DNA of 64,000 nt from Gemmatimonadales bacterium (lineage in GTDB: Bacteria; Gemmatimonadota; Gemmatimonadetes; Gemmatimonadales; GWC2-71-9), in assembly GCA_038321865.1 (NCBI GenBank), contig JBBQFH010000007.1:1-64000 (forward strand). Reading direction: 5' to 3'. A program made the position numbers and the translations under genes. The notes below the pieces were generated by a model, which had not been told where the DNA came from, did no database searches, and saw only the letters and a list, made by a program, of their open reading frames with translations. Positions 57,778 to 64,000 of the stretch are shown in pieces. Position 1 is the first letter of the stretch. Every line of letters begins with the position of its first letter.

Positions 57778-60551
57778 CGGACGACACCCCGCAACGCTCC
57801 GGGTATTCGCTCGGCCGCCCGGTCGCGCCCGGCACGCCCTTCGTCGACCTGATTCCCCCCAGGGAGGCCGGCGAGCCGCCGACGGGGTCATCCTCGCTCG
57901 CAAAGGATCTTCGACGGGCACGGGCACTGCGGAAGCGGCAGGTAAAGGCCGCGACGCACGGCAGTCGCCGGACGGCAGCGGCACCGCTGGATCGTGCTCC
58001 CGAGGCGCGCCGCGCACTTCGGCAATACGCCAAGCTCGATCCCGAGTCGGCCGTGCGGGCGTGGTTCGCGGCGCACGAGTGGCAACCGGTCGCGTTTCAG
58101 GAAGAGGTCTGGAACGCGTACGCCGCGGGCGAGAGCGGACTGATCCACGCCGCGACGGGAACGGGCAAGACCTACGCCGCCTGGATGGGTCCCGTGCTCG
58201 AATGGCTGCGCGAATATCCCGGTTCCCCGAGGCGGACCGGCGCGCCGCCACTTCGCGTCCTCTGGATCACGCCGCTCCGGGCGCTCGCAGCGGACACCGA
58301 GGCGGCGCTGCGGGCGCCGGTCACCGATCTCGGCCTTCCCTGGACCGTCGAGAGCCGGACAGGCGATACCAGCCCCGCCATCCGGGCCCGCCAGCGAACC
58401 CGGCTCCCCACCGCGCTCGTCACCACGCCTGAGAGCCTCTCGCTGCTGTTGACCCGCTCCGACGCAGCCTCGCTTTTCGACGATCTGCAGTGCGTCATCG
58501 TTGACGAGTGGCACGAGCTGATGGCAAGCAAGCGCGGGGTTCAGACCGAGCTCGATCTGGCCCGCCTGCGTCACTTTTGCCCGAAGCTCCGCACGTGGGG
58601 CCTCTCGGCCACGCTCGGCAACATCGAGATCGCCCGGGACACCCTGCTCGGCGTCGCTGCCGATGGCCGGCCCGCGCGCGGCCGCCTTGTGCGGGGGCTC
58701 GTCCCCAAGGCGATCGAAGTCGACTCGCTCTTTCCCGCGACGATCGAGCGCTTTCCCTGGTCCGGTCAGATCGGGCTCACGCTGCTGCCTCAGGTGATCG
58801 CGGCGATCGAGGAAGGACGCAGCTCGCTCGTCTTTACCAACACGCGCGCCACCGCGGAGATCTGGTTCCAGGCGCTGGTCCAGTGCGGCGTCGCATGGGC
58901 CGATCGCATCGGGCTCCATCATGGGTCGCTCGACCGGGCCGAACGCGAACGCGTCGAGGATGGGCTCCGGAGCGGGGAGCTCCGCTGCGTCGTCTGCACG
59001 TCCAGCCTCGACCTCGGCGTGGACTTCACGCCCGTGGACCGGGTGCTCCAGGTCGGCAGCCCCAAGGCGGTCGGCCGGCTGGTGCAGCGCGCCGGGCGAA
59101 GCGGACACCGGCCCGGCGCGGTGAGCCGCGTGACCTGCGTCCCGACGAACGCACTGGAGCTGGTGGATGTGGCGGGCGCGCGTGACGCGTTGCTGGCCGG
59201 CGCGATCGAGGCGCGGCCGCCGGTCGAACGCCCCCTCGACCTACTGGCGCAGCACGCCATCACTGTCGCGCTCGGGGGGGGCTTCCGGGCCGACGAGCTG
59301 TACGACGAGGTCCGGACCACGCATGCCTACCGGGATCTCGACGCCGATGAATGGGCCTGGGTCCTCGACTTCATCACCCGTGGCGGCGAGGCGTTGCGAG
59401 CCTATCCCGAATATTCGAAGGTGGTCGAACAGGACGGGGTGTATCGGGTCACCAGCAGAATGATCGCCATGCGCCACCGGATGTCCATCGGTACGATCGT
59501 GAGCGAATCGTCGCTGACGGTGCGGTACGTACGTGGCAAGGCGCTCGGGACGGTGGAGGAAAATTTCATCGCCCGCCTGCGCCCGGGCGACCGGTTCACC
59601 TTCGCCGGCAAGCCGCTCGAATTCGTCCGGGTGCGGGACATGACCGCCTGGGTGCGCAAGGCTCCCAGCGCGGAGGGCGCGGTGCCCAAGTGGTCCGGCA
59701 TCCGGATGGCCCTGTCTCCCGAGCTGGCACTCGCGGTGAGGGTAAAGCTCGACGAAGCCCGCCGCGGCATCTTCGCCTCGCCGGAAATGGAGAAGGTGCG
59801 TCCCGTCCTCGAGCTTCAAGCGGCCTGGTCGTGCCTCCCGGCGCCGGACGAGCTGCTGATTGAGCGCACCGAAACGCGGGAAGGGCATCACCTGTTCGTG
59901 TACCCGATCGAGGGCCGGCTGGTGCACGAAGGGATGGCCGCGCTTTTCGCGTATCGCATCGCACAGCTCGGGCCGATCACGTTCACCCTGGCCGCGAACG
60001 ACTACGGATTCGAGCTGCTTTCCACCGAGCGGGCACCCCTCGATGAGGCGCTCGAGCACGGGCTGCTCTCCAGCGAGTTTCTCTTCAACGACATTCCCGC
60101 GAGTCTCAACGCGGCCGAGATGGCGCGGAGGCAGTTTCGGGAAGTGGCACGGGTCGCAGGGCTGATCTTCCAGGGGTTTCCGGGCGCGGCAAAGTCGGTC
60201 AAACAGCTGCAGGCGTCCAGCGGGCTCATCTACGAGGTGTTCGCGAGATATGACCCCGGAAACCTCCTGCTGCGACAGGCAGAGCGCGAGGTGCTCGAAC
60301 GGCAGTTGGAGCAGAGCCGGCTGGGCCGGACGCTGGCGCGACTCGCCGCCGGCCGCGTCTCGGTCGTCGAGGTCGAGCGCCCGACGCCCCTCGCATTCCC
60401 GCTCATCGTGGACCGCGCACGCGAAGAGCTGAGTTCGGAGAAGCTCGCGGATCGCGTCCGCCGCATGGCTGAGCCGCTCGAGCGGGCGGCGGGGCCGGCC
60501 ATTCCGCGCTTCGCGAACCTCCGGTCCGCGCGCCCACGGGAGCGCTCGTGA
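57774..60551 (+). CDS. Ligase-associated DEXH-box helicase (Lhr-core)
   Basis: ATGTGKT, TTPESL, DEWH, SAT, HHGSL and QRAGRSGH motifs. Confidence 0.93.
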   Translation: MTDDTPQRSGYSLGRPVAPGTPFVDLIPPREAGEPPTGSSSLAKDLRRARALRKRQVKAATHGSRRTAAAPLDRAPEARRALRQYAKLDPESAVRAWFAAHEWQPVAFQEEVWNAYAAGESGLIHAATGTGKTYAAWMGPVLEWLREYPGSPRRTGAPPLRVLWITPLRALAADTEAALRAPVTDLGLPWTVESRTGDTSPAIRARQRTRLPTALVTTPESLSLLLTRSDAASLFDDLQCVIVDEWHELMASKRGVQTELDLARLRHFCPKLRTWGLSATLGNIEIARDTLLGVAADGRPARGRLVRGLVPKAIEVDSLFPATIERFPWSGQIGLTLLPQVIAAIEEGRSSLVFTNTRATAEIWFQALVQCGVAWADRIGLHHGSLDRAERERVEDGLRSGELRCVVCTSSLDLGVDFTPVDRVLQVGSPKAVGRLVQRAGRSGHRPGAVSRVTCVPTNALELVDVAGARDALLAGAIEARPPVERPLDLLAQHAITVALGGGFRADELYDEVRTTHAYRDLDADEWAWVLDFITRGGEALRAYPEYSKVVEQDGVYRVTSRMIAMRHRMSIGTIVSESSLTVRYVRGKALGTVEENFIARLRPGDRFTFAGKPLEFVRVRDMTAWVRKAPSAEGAVPKWSGIRMALSPELALAVRVKLDEARRGIFASPEMEKVRPVLELQAAWSCLPAPDELLIERTETREGHHLFVYPIEGRLVHEGMAALFAYRIAQLGPITFTLAANDYGFELLSTERAPLDEALEHGLLSSEFLFNDIPASLNAAEMARRQFREVARVAGLIFQGFPGAAKSVKQLQASSGLIYEVFARYDPGNLLLRQAEREVLERQLEQSRLGRTLARLAAGRVSVVEVERPTPLAFPLIVDRAREELSSEKLADRVRRMAEPLERAAGPAIPRFANLRSARPRERS

Positions 60552-61225
60552 ACGATGCCGTCACCGTAATTGCCGGTGAAGCGGTGCGCCTCCTCGCGGA
60601 ACGTGCGCTGTACTGGGAGCGGGAACGCGCGCTCATCGTCGCCGACCTGCACTGGGGCAAGGCGGCCACCTTCCGCGCCGGCGGAATTCCGATTCCCGGT
60701 GGTACCACCCGCGAGGACCTCGGCCGGCTCGCCGCGGCCCTTCGGCGTACCGGCGCAAAGCGGCTCATCCTCCTGGGCGATCTCTTTCACGCCCGGGAAG
60801 GCCGCGCTGCCGCCGCCACCCTGGCCACGATCAGCGCGTGGCGGGCGGCCCATGCGACGCTGGACGTCCTGCTGGTGCGCGGCAATCACGACGTCCGGGC
60901 CGGGGACCCCCCTGATGCGCTCGGCATCAGCGTCGTGAACGCGCCCCACCTGGTCGCGCCTTTCGCGCTCTGCCACGAGCCCGGCGTGTCGCCGGACGGC
61001 TACGTCCTCGCGGGGCACATCCATCCGGGCTACGTGGTGTATGGCGCCGGCCGGCAGTCGGCCCGCCTGCCCTGCTTCGTGCTCGGCACGCGGGGCGCCA
61101 TCCTTCCCGCGTTTGGAAGCTTCACGGGCACGATGGTGATGGATACGCGAAAAACCGACCGGATCTACGTCGTGGCGGGCGACGAGGTGATTTCAGTACA
61201 CCGTGAGGGAATCCGGGGCGCTTGA
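60548..61225 (+). CDS. pdeM: Ligase-associated metallophosphoesterase endonuclease PdeM/MPE
   Basis: ADLHWGK, LGDLFH, GNHD, GHIHP and LPAFGSFTG motifs. Confidence 0.92.
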   Translation: MNDAVTVIAGEAVRLLAERALYWERERALIVADLHWGKAATFRAGGIPIPGGTTREDLGRLAAALRRTGAKRLILLGDLFHAREGRAAAATLATISAWRAAHATLDVLLVRGNHDVRAGDPPDALGISVVNAPHLVAPFALCHEPGVSPDGYVLAGHIHPGYVVYGAGRQSARLPCFVLGTRGAILPAFGSFTGTMVMDTRKTDRIYVVAGDEVISVHREGIRGA

Positions 61226-62128
61226 TCAGCGCCGCGGTGCGCCGGGATGCTGCCGCTGGTACAGGGTCGGGTAGGCGACGTCCGCGGGGGCGCCGCCCTC
61301 GGGCCAGTCGCGCTCCTTGCCCGGAAAATCCGGCCGGGGTTGGGCCGTGATGTAGGCCGCGACATCGGCGGCCTGCTGATCGGTGAGGGTCCCCGGCCGA
61401 TCGAAGGGCATGTTGTAGCGGATGAACGCCGCGGCCGTGCGGGCGCGGGCCATGCCGGCACCGATGTTGAACGAATGCGGTCCCCAGACCGGCGGCGCGG
61501 CAGCCGTACCATCGCCCTTCGGCCCATGGCAGCGAGCGCAGGAGGAGTCGAAGATCGCGCCACCGCGAGCGGAGTCGCCATGCGTGACTGACAGCATCCG
61601 AAGCCCCTGCCCGCGCACCACGGCGCCCACCGGCACTCCACGGGACAGGAATGCGAGGTAGGCGACAATGTCGCGCATGTCCGGCCCGGCCGGATCGAGC
61701 GCCGTTCCGTTCATGCTCCGGATGAAACAGTCGTTGACGCGATCTTCGATCAGCCCCACCGAAGCGCTCCGCGCGCGGTACTGCGGATAGCGTGCGTATA
61801 CGCCGACCCAGGGCATCGCATCGGGCTGCCGCCCGTCGTTGGGGTGGCAGCTCACGCACTGCAGTGCGGCGCCCACGTGCGCCGGCAGGCTGTCGCGCGT
61901 GTGGGCGAGGAGCGCACGCCCCCGCTGCGCCGCGCGAGTGGCCGGGCCGTCCGGCTCCGTGGAGTCGGCCGGTGGGCTGAAGGCGACGGTATCGGGGCCG
62001 CGGGTGCGAGCGCCGGTGGCGCGCACCCTCGGCGCCGGCGATGAGCAGGCGGCGAGCGCGAGGGCGAGCACGCCCAGCGATGAGCGGCGATGGAAGGCGT
62101 TCACGAATCTCCCGGTGACGGCGGACAT
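61226..62128 (-). CDS. tsdA: Diheme c-type cytochrome lipoprotein, thiosulfate dehydrogenase TsdA-like
   Basis: CVSCH and CARCH, RVNDCFIRSMNG (Cys ligand region), SFNIGAGM, YNMP, lipobox LAAC. Start is ATG 62128 or GTG 62104. Confidence 0.78.
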   Translation of the reverse strand: MSAVTGRFVNAFHRRSSLGVLALALAACSSPAPRVRATGARTRGPDTVAFSPPADSTEPDGPATRAAQRGRALLAHTRDSLPAHVGAALQCVSCHPNDGRQPDAMPWVGVYARYPQYRARSASVGLIEDRVNDCFIRSMNGTALDPAGPDMRDIVAYLAFLSRGVPVGAVVRGQGLRMLSVTHGDSARGGAIFDSSCARCHGPKGDGTAAAPPVWGPHSFNIGAGMARARTAAAFIRYNMPFDRPGTLTDQQAADVAAYITAQPRPDFPGKERDWPEGGAPADVAYPTLYQRQHPGAPRR

Positions 62129-62230
62129 GGCTGCGGCTGCACAGTATGACGGCTCCGCGCGCCCGGCAAGCAGGTCCATTGTGGCCGCGGCCCGGCGCCC
62201 GTAGCTTGGCGGCACATTCCGGAGACGCCG

Positions 62231-63547
62231 ATGTCCGACCTGCTCGCCGCGCGGGGCCAGATGGCCATGTCGCTCGGCTTCCACATCATTTTCGCCGCGG
62301 TCGGCATCGGCATGCCGCTGCTCATGGTTTTGGCGGAATGGCGCTGGCGGCAAACCGGCGATGCGATCTACCTCGACCTGGCCCGGCGCTGGGCCAGGGG
62401 AACCGCGATCCTGTTCGCGGTCGGCGCGGTCTCCGGCACGGTGCTCTCGTTCGAACTGGGTCTGCTGTGGCCCGGCTTCATGGCGTTCGCCGGTCCGGTC
62501 ATCGGCATGCCCTTCTCGCTCGAGGGCTTCGCGTTCTTCACCGAAGCGATCTTCCTGGGCATATACCTGTACGGCTGGGACCGCGTCTCGCCCCGGGCGC
62601 ACCTGCTCGCTGGCGCTGCGGTCGCGATCAGTGGCGCGGCGTCGGGCGTGTTCGTCGTCATCGCGAACGCGTGGATGAACACGCCGGCGGGGTTCGAGAT
62701 GACCGCCGGCCGGGTCACGGCGGTCCACCCGCTGCAGGCGCTGGCCAACCCCGCTGCGTTCCAGCAGACACTGCACATGACGATTGCGGCGTACGTCGCC
62801 ACCGGCTTCGCGGTGGCCGGCATCCACGCCTTTCTGCTCCTGCGTGATCCGGCGAACGGCTTCCATCTGCGCGCGCTTCGGGTGGCCCTCGTGGTCGCGG
62901 TGCCCGCCGCCATCATCCAGCCGCTTTCCGGCGATCTCAGCGCCCGATTCGTCGCCGTGCAGCAGCCGGGGAAGCTGGCCGCTCTCGAATCGGTGTTCAT
63001 CACCCGGCATGGCGCCCCGCTGACGATCGGGGGATGGCCCGACCCGGATGCACGAACGGTCCATTTCGGCCTCCGCATCCCCTATGGACTCTCGCTCCTC
63101 GCTTTCCACGATCCCGATGCCGAGGTGGCCGGGCTGGATCGAGTTCCCCGGGATCAGTGGCCCCCGCTCGCGGTCGTGCACGTTGCGTTTCAGGTGATGG
63201 TGGCGCTGGGAACCTGCCTCGCACTGATCTCGGTCTGGGCCGTGTGGGCGGCCTGGCGGAGGCGGAGCCTCGCCGCCAATCGCCGGCTGCTGCGTGCCAT
63301 TACCGTCGCGGCGCCGTTCGGGTTTCTCGCCGTCGAAGCCGGCTGGGTGGTGACGGAGGTCGGGCGCCAGCCGTGGATCATCTGGGGCGTGCTGCGTACC
63401 AGGGATGCGGTGACACCGATGCCGGGCATCATCGTGCCGTTCGTGTTGTTTACCCTGCTGTACGTCGCGTTGTCGGCCGCGGTCGTCTGGCTGCTGTACC
63501 GCCAGATCGTCCGCGCGCCCGTCGGCCCCGCGGTCGCCCATGCGTGA
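62231..63547 (+). CDS. cydA: Cytochrome bd ubiquinol oxidase subunit I (short Q-loop)
   Basis: SLGFHIIF, FFTEAIF, QPGKLAALE and GWVVTEVGRQPW. Confidence 0.95.
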   Translation: MSDLLAARGQMAMSLGFHIIFAAVGIGMPLLMVLAEWRWRQTGDAIYLDLARRWARGTAILFAVGAVSGTVLSFELGLLWPGFMAFAGPVIGMPFSLEGFAFFTEAIFLGIYLYGWDRVSPRAHLLAGAAVAISGAASGVFVVIANAWMNTPAGFEMTAGRVTAVHPLQALANPAAFQQTLHMTIAAYVATGFAVAGIHAFLLLRDPANGFHLRALRVALVVAVPAAIIQPLSGDLSARFVAVQQPGKLAALESVFITRHGAPLTIGGWPDPDARTVHFGLRIPYGLSLLAFHDPDAEVAGLDRVPRDQWPPLAVVHVAFQVMVALGTCLALISVWAVWAAWRRRSLAANRRLLRAITVAAPFGFLAVEAGWVVTEVGRQPWIIWGVLRTRDAVTPMPGIIVPFVLFTLLYVALSAAVVWLLYRQIVRAPVGPAVAHA

Positions 63548-64000
63548 ACTCGGGCTGGCCGACCTGCTGGCCGGGGTGCTCGTCCTCGCGCTCAATGCCT
63601 ACGTGCTGCTCGCCGGCGCCGACTTCGGAGGCGGGGTGTGGGACCTGTTCGCCTCGGGACCCCGCAGGAGCCGCCAGCGGGCGCTGATCGCCGACGCGAT
63701 CGGGCCGATCTGGGAAGCGAACCACGTCTGGCTGATCCTGGCGGTGGTGCTGCTGTTCACCTGCTTTCCGGTGGCGTTCGCGAGGCTCACCACCGTGCTG
63801 CACGTGCCGCTGGTGCTGGTGCTGGTCGGGATCGTGCTGCGCGGCTCCGCCTTCACCTTCCGCTCGTACGACAGCCGGCGCGACACGGTGCAGCGCCGCT
63901 GGGGCGCCGTGTTCGCGAGCGCGAGCGTGGTCACGCCGCTCCTGCTCGGCGTGGCGGTCGGCACCGTCGCGACCGGGCGCGTCCTCGCGCCGGCCGGCGG
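63540..64000 (+). CDS. cydB: Cytochrome bd oxidase subunit II (truncated by the window end)
   Basis: Translated by hand from ATG 63540: YVLLAGADFGGGVWD, IGPIWEANHVWLI, LRGSAFTFR. Confidence 0.93.
   Translation, partial: MRELGLADLLAGVLVLALNAYVLLAGADFGGGVWDLFASGPRRSRQRALIADAIGPIWEANHVWLILAVVLLFTCFPVAFARLTTVLHVPLVLVLVGIVLRGSAFTFRSYDSRRDTVQRRWGAVFASASVVTPLLLGVAVGTVATGRVLAPAG

Noticed and set aside
61226..63595. 789-aa ORF as one large cytochrome (likewise the extended starts at 19827, 22696, 23811 and 38948)
   Set aside because: The N-terminal extensions overlap genuine neighbouring genes. The real starts are downstream, at signal peptides or overlap junctions.

Overview
High-GC, densely coding bacterial chromosome segment. 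Gene content and style suggest Gemmatimonadota (inference only). No rRNA, tRNA, CRISPR array, integrase or transposase was seen. In order, the window holds: a secreted M23-like protein, folE and a PTPS/QueD-family gene, preceded by a ~187-nt structured ncRNA with its own sigma70 promoter and terminator (6S-RNA-like); an archaeal-style DNA end-resection cluster (nurA-herA // mre11/sbcD-rad50/sbcC-GNAT) split by an inverted ClC-CBS gene and preceded by a tandem DUF2283-like gene; a catalytically degenerate DEAD-box protein; HU; tdk-coaE; gcvH-gcvP-lipoate ligase; a peptide ABC transporter; two TonB-dependent-receptor-like genes (one frameshifted in a G6 tract, one behind two paralogous beta-propeller lipoproteins); a wHTH-regulated uppS operon with a visible repeated operator; mscL; a persulfide dioxygenase-rhodanese fusion; a DUF1800/DUF1501 pair; ferritin-like and SRPBCC stress genes; malate synthase; the exonuclease/ATP-ligase/Lhr/PdeM repair cluster; a TsdA-like diheme cytochrome; and cydAB. 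All calls come from motif reading by eye, with no database searches. Some anomalies (homopolymer frameshift, a patch of odd substitutions) may be assembly errors.
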